From Calditrichia bacterium (GTDB taxonomy: Bacteria > Calditrichota > Calditrichia > JAJRVZ01), in the NCBI GenBank assembly GCA_963777955.1, contig CAVZSQ010000022.1, positions 320,001 to 384,000 of the forward strand: a stretch of DNA of 64,000 nt, written 5' to 3'. The translations under genes were made by a program, and so were the position numbers. Below, piece after piece: positions 21,652 to 32,667 of the stretch (the stretch's first letter is position 1; every line of letters begins with the position of its first letter). The notes below the pieces were generated by a model. The model had not been told where the DNA came from and did not search any database. It worked only from the letters and a program-made list of their open reading frames with translations.

Positions 21652-23470
21652 AAAATTTCTGGAGTATATAGAATGCCTTCTTTTTCTCGCCGCGGCTGGA
21701 AATGAGTCCCTTGCGGTTCCAATAATCCTGGATATGGGGCAAAGGCCGGCGCGGCGAACGGAAATCGGTCAGGATCCAGGGGGTCGTTCCACGCAGGAAG
21801 GTTATTTTTTTAAGCATGGCCAGTTGATGTTTGTACAGATCTTCCTGATACTCCTCGCTCCACCTGGTTAATTCATCTCCGTGTAATTCATAAAGGGCAT
21901 CGGCACCAAACTCGCTCATGATCAATGGTTTGTCATAAATTGTCCGCCATTCTATCTGATCGGCCCGTTCCGGCAAACCCTCATACCAGCCGATATATTC
22001 ATTGCAGCCGAGCACATCAAGAAATTGTCCCAGGGGATCATCGATTATCCGCGTGGTCTTATCGCTGTAATGGCTCTCCAGGGCGGCAGTGATTAACCGG
22101 CCAGGATCGAGGCTTCTGGCCTCGCTAGTCAGTTCCTTAAGAAATTTAAGGCGGGCAGCACTGAGCGGTGTTTCATTGGCCATGGACCATAGAATAACAG
22201 CAGCCCGGTTACGGTCGCGGGAAATTATTTCATTCAATTGGCTTTTAGCCAGATTTAAGGTAGCATTGTTCTCCCAGGAAATGGTCCAGTAAACCGGTAT
22301 TTCTTCCCAGACCATCATGCCCAGTCGATCGGCTAAACGGATAATATGTTCGTTATGCGGATAATGTGCCAGGCGGATAAAGTTGCAGTTTAATTCTTTG
22401 GCCCAGCCGAGTACTATCCCGGCATCATCAGCGCTCCAGGCCCGGCCTCCCCGCAGCGGAGCCTCTTCATGTAAACAGATTCCGCGTAGAAAAACAGACT
22501 GGCCATTCAATAAAATATCAGGACCTTTGGTTTCAATCCGGCGGAATCCGATCTGGTCATGCAGAGTATCGGTTTCGCTGAATATCAAAACGGTATAAAG
22601 TTTTGGATCGGCAGGCGACCACAATTTTAAATCTTTAACCTCCAAATCAATATTTCCAACGCCCTGCTCGTTGCTGGTACATACATGATCAATACCAGCT
22701 TCGGGAATTCTGATTTTAACCTTTTGAATTTTATTAGCGCCATCAATTTTAACCCAGCCGCTTATATTTTTTGTAGATCCTTTACTCAGCTGGATAAAAT
22801 AATCCTGAATGAATATCTGCGGTACTTCAATTAGCATCACCTCACGGGTAATTCCTCCGTAGTTCCACCAATCGGTCATTACCGTAGGTATACCATCGGT
22901 CCGGCGTTTGTTATCAACCTTCACGATCAGGAAATTATCTTTGGGACGGAGTTTAGCGGTGATCTCGAAATTAAATGGTGTAAATCCCCCCTCATGCCTG
23001 CCGATTTTCTCACCGTTCAGATAAACCTCGGCTATATAATTCACTGCACCAAAATAGATAAATACCCTTTTAGCAGATTGTACGCTGTAATCAAATGATT
23101 TTTTATACCAGACAGTTCCTTCGTAGAAGAACAGCTCCGCTCGTTGGGAATTCCAGTCAGCCGGGACCTGCAGTTCTATGGATTTATCAAAATCGTATTC
23201 AATCAGGTCACTCTTATTTTCAGGTTTTTGATTTTTGAAATAGCCATCCCGGCGAATCTGATAGCGGTAATCGTAGTACCCTGCTTCATAAGGATCGATA
23301 ATTACCTGCCAGTTGCCATTCAGACTGGTTATGTGGCGCCCTTCAATATTAGTTAACAGACCTCCGGCGGCGGAGGTGTCCTGTGCTTGAGAATGTACCG
23401 CAGTAATGAGAAATAGCAGAAAAACAAATCCAGGATTAAGAATCTTTGGTTGGTAAGAAGTAGAAAACAT
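21635..23470 (-). CDS. GH2 beta-glucuronidase, secreted
   Basis: RLAHYPH, WSMANE (acid/base), MSEFGA (nucleophile), WNRKG uronate-recognition motif; signal peptide. Confidence 0.88.
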   Translation of the reverse strand: MFSTSYQPKILNPGFVFLLFLITAVHSQAQDTSAAGGLLTNIEGRHITSLNGNWQVIIDPYEAGYYDYRYQIRRDGYFKNQKPENKSDLIEYDFDKSIELQVPADWNSQRAELFFYEGTVWYKKSFDYSVQSAKRVFIYFGAVNYIAEVYLNGEKIGRHEGGFTPFNFEITAKLRPKDNFLIVKVDNKRRTDGIPTVMTDWWNYGGITREVMLIEVPQIFIQDYFIQLSKGSTKNISGWVKIDGANKIQKVKIRIPEAGIDHVCTSNEQGVGNIDLEVKDLKLWSPADPKLYTVLIFSETDTLHDQIGFRRIETKGPDILLNGQSVFLRGICLHEEAPLRGGRAWSADDAGIVLGWAKELNCNFIRLAHYPHNEHIIRLADRLGMMVWEEIPVYWTISWENNATLNLAKSQLNEIISRDRNRAAVILWSMANETPLSAARLKFLKELTSEARSLDPGRLITAALESHYSDKTTRIIDDPLGQFLDVLGCNEYIGWYEGLPERADQIEWRTIYDKPLIMSEFGADALYELHGDELTRWSEEYQEDLYKHQLAMLKKITFLRGTTPWILTDFRSPRRPLPHIQDYWNRKGLISSRGEKKKAFYILQKFYQRLK

Positions 23471-23526
23471 GAGTCACCTTTCAGAATTTATCACTGCCAT
23501 TTGTAGATCATTATCAGAAATAGTAT

Positions 23527-24900
23527 TTATTCCTCTTCATTCTTTTCAGGTGCTTCTTCTTCATAATCCGCTTCTTGCGTATCCCCGGTCTGCAGCAATT
23601 TGGCGGCTTCCCGTGCCGGTAATTCCTGTACATTTTGCAATTTGCGGGCGATGGCCCTGGATCTTACCCCGGCGTTTTCGACCACATTACTGGCTTCCTG
23701 CAGTTTCTTTTTGGTCCTTTCCAGAATATCGCCGAATTTTCCAAATTCCGTTTTTATGGCTGCCAGTAATTCCCATACCTCGCTGGATCGTTTCTCGATG
23801 GCCAGGGTGCGGAATCCCATTTGCAAACTGTTCAGCAGGGCCGAGAGGGTAGTAGGGCCGGTTACCACCACCCGGTATTCGCGCTGCAAGGTTTCAAAAA
23901 GTCCTACATCGCGCAGTACTTCGGCATACAGACCTTCGATGGGTAAAAACATAATAGCGAAATCAGTGGTAGCAGGCGGGTCGATGTATTTATCGCGTAT
24001 ATTACGGGCAGAAAATTTGATTTTTTTGGCCAACTCTTTCTGAGCTGACTCCACACCATTGACATCAGCCTGATCATAGGCTTGCAACAGGAGTTGGTAA
24101 TCCTCAATGGGAAATTTGGCATCAAGCGGCAGCAGCACTCCTTTATCATCATCTTTTCTACCGGGCATTTTTATGGCAAATTCGACAAATTCATTACTGC
24201 CGGATTTGGTCTTTACATTTTTCAGATATTGATCGGGAGTCAATAACTGCTCAAGAATATTTTCCAGCTGATATTCTCCCATCACGCCCCGTGTTTTGAC
24301 ATTGGTCAGCACCTTCTTCAAATCGCCCACTCCGCTGGCCAGGGCATGCATTTCCCCCAGTCCCTCCCGAACTTTTTCCAATCGTTCGCTGACCAGATTA
24401 AAGGATTCGGATAATCTGTGTTCAAGGGTCCGGTGTAATTTTTCATCAACGGTTTCGCGCATCTTTTCCAATTTCTGGCTGTTATCCTCCTGCAGTTTCT
24501 GCAGGCGAACCTCCACCGTTTCACGGATCTTTTCCAGCCGTTGTTCGGTGTTCTTGGTCAATTCATTCTGCCGGGCGACCAGATCATCAAATTTCTGTCG
24601 CTGCAGATCGTTGAATTCCCGCACGTTGGTTGAAAAATTCTCAGAAAACGATTGCAGGGAGTGGGACATTTCTTCCCTGTTTTCTCTGGCGATGGTATTA
24701 GTTTCAGCGCGAATTCTTTGAAAGTCAGTCTGAATGGATTGCCCGATCTGGTTGAGATTATTATCGAATATACCGATGGTTTTTTTCAGATCTTCGACAA
24801 ATCCGGTACTGTTAATTTTAGCATTCCGGAAAGATATCCACAGATTAATGGCCAAAAGAATAATAAGTAAGATACTCAGCCCCAGTAAAACTTCGAGCAT
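23527..24900 (-). CDS. rmuC: DNA recombination protein RmuC
   Basis: N-terminal TM, coiled coil, K.RG..GE..L, DAKFP, DFAIMFLP.EGLY, GPTTL. Confidence 0.93.
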   Translation of the reverse strand: MLEVLLGLSILLIILLAINLWISFRNAKINSTGFVEDLKKTIGIFDNNLNQIGQSIQTDFQRIRAETNTIARENREEMSHSLQSFSENFSTNVREFNDLQRQKFDDLVARQNELTKNTEQRLEKIRETVEVRLQKLQEDNSQKLEKMRETVDEKLHRTLEHRLSESFNLVSERLEKVREGLGEMHALASGVGDLKKVLTNVKTRGVMGEYQLENILEQLLTPDQYLKNVKTKSGSNEFVEFAIKMPGRKDDDKGVLLPLDAKFPIEDYQLLLQAYDQADVNGVESAQKELAKKIKFSARNIRDKYIDPPATTDFAIMFLPIEGLYAEVLRDVGLFETLQREYRVVVTGPTTLSALLNSLQMGFRTLAIEKRSSEVWELLAAIKTEFGKFGDILERTKKKLQEASNVVENAGVRSRAIARKLQNVQELPAREAAKLLQTGDTQEADYEEEAPEKNEEE

Positions 24901-25156
24901 GCGCCTGGATCCCTGATTTAAGTGATGATGAAAAACAATATAAATTCGCCTTATATTACTTTTATCATTTTAGAAATACAAGGAATATGTCGGAGAAAAA
25001 ATAGTAAAAATCAGGCCAGGTGCTCTGACTAATATCACTGTTTTTTATGATTAAAATATGTATAATTAATGAAAGGCCAATCTTACTAAGGCAATTGACG
25101 ACCTGCTATTGGTCGAATCAGGTAAAACTGGCATTGTAATTCTGGAAATACCATAT

Positions 25157-28049
25157 ATGATTCGTTTGAATAGTTCCGGTATCTGTATATTTCTGGCAGT
25201 ACTAATGGCCGTAGGGCCGAATATATCCGTTTTCAGCTGCTGATAAAACTAAGAGCCCTGTAACTGTCAGGCAGAACCAGTCCGGCTGGGTCGAAAACGT
25301 AATCGTAATTAAATTTAGAGAATCCCCGCCGTCAGGTCACTCAATGTCCAAGACCGGTCAAGCGCAGTTCGATAAACTTATATCCAGATATCAGATCTAT
25401 AATCTGCAACCGGTATTACCCTCGATAGTGCAAAGTATGTTTAAACTGTCAACCGCTCATCTGGATCGGGTATTTTATGCTTATTTCAGCGGCGATCAGG
25501 ATCCCTGGCAAGTGGCGCAAAATATATCTAAAGATGCTGCTGTTGAATATGCGGAACCAAAATATTTGCATTATCTCGACGCAATACCCAATGATCCGGA
25601 TTATAGTACGTATCAGTCAGCATACTATAACCGTATCCAGGCCCCTGCCGCCTGGGATTATATACAAGGTGGCTGGGGATCGGTAATCGTGGCAGTGGTA
25701 GATGGAGGAACCGATATCGACCACCCCGATCTGGCAGCGAACATCTGGATTAACATAGATGAAATAAGCGATAATGGTCTGGATGATGATGGGAATGGAT
25801 TTACCGATGATATCCATGGTTGGAATTTTGCTGCCAATAGTCCCGATCCCAGCGGTTTGACATCAACACCTCAGAGTGCGATCCATGGTTCGCATGTTGC
25901 GGGAATTATATCCGCGGTGAGCAATAATGGCACAGGCGTAGCCGGGGTCAGTTGGAACATTACTTTGCTGCCGGTCAATACGGCAAATCCTGAGGCGGAT
26001 AACAGCATCCTTTATGGTTATGATGGAATTCTGTACGCTGCTTACAATGGTGCCAGGATTATTAATTGCAGCTGGGGCAGGTTGGGAGGTGCTTCGGTTT
26101 ATGAGCAGGAGGTTATCGCTGCAGTTACCCAACTGGGAGTGCAGGTTGTGGCTGCTGCCGGTAATAATAGCAGTTCAGAAAACCATTTTCCCTCTTCCTA
26201 CACTCATGTTTTTTCTGTAGCAGCTACCGATTCAGACGACAACAAGGCATCCTTTTCCAATTACGGACCGACAGTGGATATATCGGCACCGGGGGTGAAT
26301 ATTTATAGTACCTATCACAATGGGACTTACGGTTATCTTTCCGGCACTTCACAGGCTTCCCCCCTGGCAGCGGGTGTAATCGGACTGGTCCAGACTCAGC
26401 ACCCGGCCTGGTCTTCCCGCCAGGCTGCTGAACAACTCCGGATCACTTCCGATGTGATAGCCGCACATTATGGACAACTGGGACACGGACGGATCAATGC
26501 CTACCGGGCCGTAACCGAAAGCTGGCCCTCCATTCGCATCAGTAAAGTTGATTTTACCGATTCAGATCAGGATAAGATCATTGAATCCACAGAAACGATA
26601 AACGTATATCTCAGTTTAATCAACTATCTGGTTGCCGCCAGCGATGTTACTCTGATTTTATCTACCACGGATCCCTGGGTGGCAGCAGGGACATCCAATC
26701 TCTTTCGGCCTGCTATCGGGAGTATGGAAGAAATTACCATGACTGTACCCTTTACCTTTCAAGTTGCCAGTAATCCACCGCGAGGGCATGCGGTTGAATT
26801 TACCCTCACCATTACCAGTGGTAATTACCAGGATAGCGATAATTTTTCGTTGACCATTTTACCGACATTCGGGACTATCGATATTGGCAATGTGGAGTTG
26901 ACCGTGACCAATGTCGGACGGATTGGTTTTCCGAATTCAGGTGACTTGACCCAGGGCCTGGGATTCAAATATAAAAGTGGTCCGAATTTGCTTTTCGAAG
27001 GTGCTGTCATTACCGGTAGCGGTTCCTCTGCAATATCTAATGCAGCCCGGGGTGCTGCGGGGACGGATTATGATCAGGATTTTTCAGTGAGCAACAACGG
27101 CGATCTGAAGATTATAACACCGGGAGACCATAGTGATCAAGAGAGTAGTGGTGCATTTGAAGATAATTTAGCAGCCAGTCCGCTGAACATACGTATTGAT
27201 CAGACAACCTATGCTTACAGTCAATCCGGTTATGAGGATTTTGTGATTTTTAAATACCGGATTATCAACGTGAATCAGACTATCCTGGATAATTTTCATT
27301 TCGGTTTGTTTTTCGACTGGGATTTGGATGGTGATACTTATGACACGAATATTGCCGGGTATGATGCCCTGCGGCAGCTGGGGTATGTATATGACAGCGG
27401 CGGAACGGGTCCTGAAACGTATGTGGGAGTGGCGGCTTTAAATTCCGGTAGTATATCCTGTCGCGCCATATATAATGATGAAAATCATATTTCTAACCCA
27501 TCCTGGGGTATATATGATGGATTCAGTGATGCGGAGAAATGGGAATCGATCAGCGGGGGATTGACGTATACCACTGCCGGACCGGCGGATATATCGCAGG
27601 TCATCGCTCAAGGACCATATTCGATTTCAGCCGGAGGTACGCTCACACTCGGTTTTGCCATGATTGGCGGAAATATGTTAAATCAATTACAGGTACATGC
27701 CGATTCCGCCAGATCTGTCTGGGAGAAACTGCTATTACTGGACATCCCTGATCAGCCCATGGTTACGGCAGAAAATTTTTATCTGTCGCACAATTATCCC
27801 AATCCATTCAATCCTGCCACCACGCTGGAAATTGATATTAAGTATGTCACTAAGGTAAAATTAGAGATCTTCGACAGCCGGGGACAATTGATCCGTTCGC
27901 TGCTGGATGAACAGAAAGGAAGTGGCCGCTACAAAATTCAGTGGGATGGACGCGATCAGAAAGGAATGGACGTCGCTTCCGGGTTATATCTCTGTCGTTT
28001 AAAAACACCGGAGTTCGGGCAGACCAGGAAAATGTTATTGCTGCGCTGA
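25157..28049 (+). CDS. Secreted S8 subtilase with C-terminal FlgD-Ig/sorting-like domain; 5' end frameshifted
   Basis: VAVVDGG, HGSHVAG, AAGN, SGTSQASP catalytic motifs; NYPNPFNP...RKMLLLR tail. Signal-like start at ATG 25157 is out of frame with ORF 25344. Confidence 0.88.
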
Positions 28050-28145
28050 ATTTAGCAGCAACAATTTGCGGCCTCGCCCGTAATATTCAATAAATTCAAT
28101 TATTATGTATCTCGAAGATCTTTTATACTATTAAAAGGAGTTAAT

Positions 28146-28742
28146 ATGAAGAAAGCATTTATTTTCATTCTGATGTTTTTACTGCTGGCGGGTACGATTC
28201 TGGCTCAGGGTAAAGCTGAAGCAGAAAGTAAAAGGATGCGGCCGGCGCTGGTGGTTATTGATATTCAGAATCAATTTCTGCCAATGGTTCCGGAACGGGA
28301 GAAAGAAGTTAGCCTGTATATGATTAATGTATTCATCGATATGTTCAGGAAAAATGGCTTTCCGGTCATTCAGGTTCATCATACAGATCCGGCTAGTGGC
28401 ATACCCGCACCCGCTTCGGAAGCATTTCAATTTCCAGCTACCGTTCAGATCAAATCCGATGATCCGCTGGTAATTAAAAATTACGGCAATTCGTTTAATA
28501 AGACTGAGTTGAATAAAATCCTGCAGGATAAGAAATGCAATACGGTTTTCCTGTGCGGTTTAAGTTCGGTCGGCTGTGTGCTGGCCACGTATTTTGGCGC
28601 CCATGATCTGGACTATAAGGCCTTCATGTTGAAAGATGCCATTATGAGTCATAATTCTGCCTATACCGATAATATTGAAGATATTTTCGGAGCAGTGAAT
28701 TATGAGACTGTCGAGGTCATGCTGGAGAATGCGGAAAAATAA
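28146..28742 (+). CDS. Isochorismatase-family cysteine hydrolase with signal peptide
   Basis: ALVVIDIQN, K..GNSF, GLSSVGCV (D-K-C triad); AAGGAG RBS. Confidence 0.85.
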   Translation: MKKAFIFILMFLLLAGTILAQGKAEAESKRMRPALVVIDIQNQFLPMVPEREKEVSLYMINVFIDMFRKNGFPVIQVHHTDPASGIPAPASEAFQFPATVQIKSDDPLVIKNYGNSFNKTELNKILQDKKCNTVFLCGLSSVGCVLATYFGAHDLDYKAFMLKDAIMSHNSAYTDNIEDIFGAVNYETVEVMLENAEK

Positions 28743-28811
28743 ATGTAATCTGGCAGTAAAATATTGTCTATATAATTTTTATATGAAGTTGCGAAAAGAA
28801 ACCAAATTACA

Positions 28812-28893
28812 TCCCTATTAATAAAGGGGATTAGGGGGTTGTTTTTATTGCGTCAGATCCAACAACCCCCTTACCCCCTTTTCTAAGGGGGAA
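28812..28893. repeat. Inverted doublet of CCCCCTT...AAGGGGG-type elements
   Basis: AAAGGGGATTAGGGGGTTGTT ... AACAACCCCCTTACCCCCTTTTCTAAGGGGG. Confidence 0.7.
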
Positions 28894-29106
28894 CCTCTTC
28901 CTGGACAATAGTGCAGGGTATTCTTCAACACCATCGATTTAATATTTCTATGTCATAAATATCAGACAAATCCGTAAATAATTCATATATATGCCAAATA
29001 TACATATTAGTATGCCAATATGACACTGGTATTTTTTAATAACAATTATAGTGCTTTTATTATTAACCTATTTACAAACAATAGGTTAAGCAAAGAATAT
29101 GTAATT

Positions 29107-29121
29107 TGGCATGGTCTTTGT
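29107..29121 (+). promoter_or_regulatory. Putative sigma54 -24/-12 promoter of hsp20
   Basis: TGGCATGGTCTTTGT versus consensus TGGCAC-N5-TTGC; IHF-like AAACAATAGGTTA at 29076-29088. Confidence 0.6.
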
Positions 29122-29181
29122 TTATAGATAATTCAGTTTAGTTAACTGAAAGTAAGAACAAAACAAAAAAGGAGATAAATC

Positions 29182-29616
29182 ATGACACTCGTAAAATGGA
29201 ATCCAAATCGCAGTCTGTTTAATCTGACCGGAGGTCTGTTCGAAGATTTCTTCGGCGCCGATCGCATGCTGTCCCGTACGGATGGTATCTGGTACCCCGA
29301 GGTTGATATCAAAGAAGATAAAGATGCCTATCATGTGGTGCTGGAACTTCCGGGTTTAAGCAAGGACGATGTGCAGATTTCGCTGGAAGACGGTGTACTG
29401 ACGGTAAAAGGTGAAAAGAAAACCGAGCAGGAAGAGAAGGAAGGGGATTACCACTACTATGAACGCCGCTTCGGAAAGTTTGAACGCATGTTCCGGATCA
29501 ATTCGGAGATTAAGCAGGATCAGATTGACGCCTCCTTCAAGGACGGTGTCCTGGCCATCGAATTGCCCAAGGCCGAAACGGCCAAGCCGAAACAGATTGC
29601 CATTAACGTGAAGTAA
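29182..29616 (+). CDS. Hsp20/alpha-crystallin small heat-shock protein
   Basis: P.VDIKE, ELPGL, ERRFGKFER, DGVLAIELPK, C-terminal IxI; AAGGAG RBS. Confidence 0.95.
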   Translation: MTLVKWNPNRSLFNLTGGLFEDFFGADRMLSRTDGIWYPEVDIKEDKDAYHVVLELPGLSKDDVQISLEDGVLTVKGEKKTEQEEKEGDYHYYERRFGKFERMFRINSEIKQDQIDASFKDGVLAIELPKAETAKPKQIAINVK

Positions 29617-29645
29617 ATACTAATCGTCAGATGCACTCTGTGTGT

Positions 29646-29679
29646 AAGGGCGGATATCAATCCGCCCTTTTTATTTTTT
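29646..29679 (+). terminator. Intrinsic terminator after hsp20
   Basis: AAGGGCGGAT-atca-ATCCGCCCTT followed by a T-run. Confidence 0.85.
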
Positions 29680-29705
29680 AACCGCAGATATACACAGATA
29701 ATATA

Positions 29706-29794
29706 TTTCACGGAGATCCACTGAGGAGACACAGAGTTACACGGAGATGATTTCTCTGTGTAACTCTGTGCCTGCTCTGTGTCCCTCCGTGAAA
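29706..29794. repeat. CACAGAG/CTCTGTG imperfect long inverted repeat
   Basis: TTTCACGGAG...CACAGAGTTACACGGAGA-tgatt-TCTCTGTGTAACTCTGTG...CTCCGTGAAA. Confidence 0.75.
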
Positions 29795-29802
29795 TATTGT
29801 TC

Positions 29803-30345
29803 TTATTTCAGAATTTTAGATATAGATCTGAATTTCTCCGTACCGGCCTGCCGGCAGAGTTCGAAAAGAATAGACTCATAAGTTGAAATAATTGCCCCTG
29901 CCTGAAACATGCGCTGAACCGCAATGACTTTATCATTCAACCTGCGCGAGGAAATACAATCTTCGATTATCACCGGTTGATATTTGCGCTCGATTAAATC
30001 GACCACGGTTTGCAATACACAAACATGCGCTTCAATACCGGCAATGATTACATAATTCCGTTTTAATTCAGCCAGTGCCGAATTGAACGGCTCGCTGGCA
30101 CAGCAGCTGAAGGATATCTTCTCCAACGGTTTGCATTCCGGGAGTAAAGTCCTTACAGGTTCGACCGTGGCACCCAGACCTTTGGGATACTGCTCGGTTA
30201 TGACGAAGGGAACATCGAGGGCTGTCAATCCTTTAATCAGTTTTTGACAATTTTCTATCAGCAGTTGCGGTTCCTGCATATGCGGAAGCAGTTTTTCCTG
30301 AATGTCGATAATTATTGCCACGCTCTGATCTAACTCGATAAGCAT
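29803..30345 (-). CDS. Isochorismatase-family hydrolase (YcaC/ISOC-like)
   Basis: IDIQEKL, TEQYPKGLG.T, EKISFSC, GIEAHVCVLQT. Confidence 0.9.
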   Translation of the reverse strand: MLIELDQSVAIIIDIQEKLLPHMQEPQLLIENCQKLIKGLTALDVPFVITEQYPKGLGATVEPVRTLLPECKPLEKISFSCCASEPFNSALAELKRNYVIIAGIEAHVCVLQTVVDLIERKYQPVIIEDCISSRRLNDKVIAVQRMFQAGAIISTYESILFELCRQAGTEKFRSISKILK

Positions 30346-30353
30346 ATTAGTCA

Positions 30354-30488
30354 GTTCCTAGTTCCTTAGTTCCTTAGTTCCTTAGTTCCTTAGTTCCTTA
30401 GTATATTAATAAATATTCAAGTTACTAAAATATTTAAATACCTAAAATTACATTTTCATTGAATTACTCAGGTACTCAGGTACTCAGG
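30354..30488. repeat. Two facing 8-mer tandem arrays
   Basis: (GTTCCTTA)x5 at 30361-30400 plus one 7-nt variant; (TACTCAGG)x3 at 30465-30488. Confidence 0.9.
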
Positions 30489-30490
30489 AA

Positions 30491-32401
30491 CTATTCTTCT
30501 AATGTCGTCAGATCTCCGGCATCCTGGCCCAGGGCCCGGGCTTTCAGTACCCGTCTCATTATTTTCCCGCTGCGGGTTTTAGGCAAACTGTCCACAAATG
30601 TTACCGTCTCGGGTTTGGCGATCGGACCTATCTCTTTGCTGACATGTTCTTTCAATTCCTCGGCCAGGGTTTTCCCGGCAGTAACTCCGCTGCGTAAAAT
30701 TACATAAGTATGAATAGCATTTCCTTTTAATTCGTGCGGCAGGGCAATAGCTGCCGCTTCGGAAACAGCCGGATGACTGACCAGAGCGCTTTCAATTTCC
30801 GCAGTACCCAACCGGTAACCGCTTACCTTGATCACATCATCTATTCGCCCGATGATCCAGAAATATCCGTCTTCATCCACCCGGGCAGAATCCCCGGCTT
30901 TATACCAACCCTGTTTGGAATAATCTTTCCAGTAAATTTCCTTAAAACGGTCAGGATCACCCAGAATAGTACGGGCCATACCCGGCCATGGTGTTTTGAT
31001 CACTAATATTCCTTCCTCACCGGTTTTGACTTCATGGCCATGGTCATCAACCACGGCAATTTCGTTACCAAAAAATGGTTTAGTGGCTGAGCCGGGTTTC
31101 AATGGTGTGATTGGCAGAGGAGTGATCATAAATCCGCCTGTCTCTGTTTGCCACCAGGTGTCCATGATCGGGCATTTTTCTTTCCCGATGACCCGGTGAT
31201 ACCAGCGCCAGGCTTCAGGATTGATCGGCTCGCCTACCGAGCCCAGCAGGCGCAGACTGCTAAGGTCATGCCGGTTGGGCCAGGCTTCGCCAAAGCGCAT
31301 CAAACCGCGTATGGCTGTGGGAGAAGTGTACAGAATGGTGACACCATATTTTTCTATCATCTGCCACCAGCGGTTGGGATAGGGGTGATTGGGTGCTCCT
31401 TCGTACATGATTATCGTAGAGCCATTGATCAGCGGACCATAGACCATATAACTATGCCCGGTGATCCAGCCCGGATCTGCTGCACACCACCAGCGGTCTT
31501 CTTCCTTGATATCAAAAACCATACGGTGAGTTGTGGCTGTATAAACTGCGTACCCGCCGTGAGTATGCACCAGACCTTTGGGTGGGCCGGTCGTACCCGA
31601 GGTATAAAGAATGAACAGCATGTCTTCAGCATCCATCACTTCAGTTTCGCAGGTAGGACTGGCGATGGGCATGGACATCAAATCATTATACCAGAAATCA
31701 CGGTCGTTCTCCATGAACACTTCCTGGCCGGTGCGTTTAACAGTGATGCAAACCTCAATAGTGGGTGAACGGCGCATGGCCTGATTGGCAATTGATTTCA
31801 GATCGGTAATATTACCGCGGCGAAAACCTCCATCTGCGGTGATCAGTATACGGCTGTGGGCATCGGCGATTCTTTCAGCCAGCGCTTCCACGCTGAAACC
31901 GCCGTAAACAACACTGTGAGCTGCACCAATTTTTGCGCAGGCCAGCATGGCGATAGGCAGTTCGGGAATTTGGGGCATGTAGATGGTCACCACATCTCCC
32001 CGGCGCACACCCATACTTTTTAACACATTGGCAAATTTCGAGACTTCCCGGTTCAGAGCATGATAGGAATAGGTACGCAGATCACCCGGTTCCCCCTCCC
32101 AGATCAAAGCCAATTTATTCCTGCGCCAGGTTTTTAAATGCCGGTCGACGGCATTGTGCAGGATATTTATTTTCCCACCGCTGAACCATTTATAAAATGG
32201 CTGATCGCTGCTATCAAGTACCCTGTCCCATTTTTTATACCAGCCTAAATGCTCCGCCTGATCGGCCCAGAATTGTTCCCGGTTGCGGATAGAATATTTG
32301 TATAAATCTTCATATTCTTTGACCGTGGCCATTTCCCGAACCGAATCAACCGGATGGTAAAATTCACTTTTCTGGTTCAGATTATTTTTTAAATCTGACA
32401 T
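30491..32401 (-). CDS. acs: Acetyl-CoA synthetase
   Basis: YTSGTTG.PKG, ADPGWITGHSY, DTWWQTETG, PKTRSGKIMRR; GGAGG RBS. Confidence 0.96.
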   Translation of the reverse strand: MSDLKNNLNQKSEFYHPVDSVREMATVKEYEDLYKYSIRNREQFWADQAEHLGWYKKWDRVLDSSDQPFYKWFSGGKINILHNAVDRHLKTWRRNKLALIWEGEPGDLRTYSYHALNREVSKFANVLKSMGVRRGDVVTIYMPQIPELPIAMLACAKIGAAHSVVYGGFSVEALAERIADAHSRILITADGGFRRGNITDLKSIANQAMRRSPTIEVCITVKRTGQEVFMENDRDFWYNDLMSMPIASPTCETEVMDAEDMLFILYTSGTTGPPKGLVHTHGGYAVYTATTHRMVFDIKEEDRWWCAADPGWITGHSYMVYGPLINGSTIIMYEGAPNHPYPNRWWQMIEKYGVTILYTSPTAIRGLMRFGEAWPNRHDLSSLRLLGSVGEPINPEAWRWYHRVIGKEKCPIMDTWWQTETGGFMITPLPITPLKPGSATKPFFGNEIAVVDDHGHEVKTGEEGILVIKTPWPGMARTILGDPDRFKEIYWKDYSKQGWYKAGDSARVDEDGYFWIIGRIDDVIKVSGYRLGTAEIESALVSHPAVSEAAAIALPHELKGNAIHTYVILRSGVTAGKTLAEELKEHVSKEIGPIAKPETVTFVDSLPKTRSGKIMRRVLKARALGQDAGDLTTLEE

Positions 32402-32667
32402 TTTAAACCTCCTTGCTTGTTATTATAATATTTGCTAAAGTAAAAGTCATACACCCAGAGTTTACCTGCTCATCTACATGAATTGAAACAAGACCCTGGC
32501 AGGCGGACGAACAGGAAAAATACCAGCATGCTGACGGATGTAGGGATATAATTAGGATTTAATGTCTGCGGGAACATTTTATTCCTGGCTTGATCAATTA
32601 AATGGAGGATTATCTGCAGCCGGAATTAAATGATGTGAACTAATATTAACAGACCGAGGAACCCAGT

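Noticed and set aside
25129..25143. Sigma54-like TGGCATTGTAATTCT upstream of the S8 protease
   Set aside because: The -12 element lacks the G, it is very close to the presumed start, and no matching enhancer geometry was found.
30354..30488. Possible CRISPR array
   Set aside because: The units are 8-bp tandem repeats with no spacers, and there are no cas genes.
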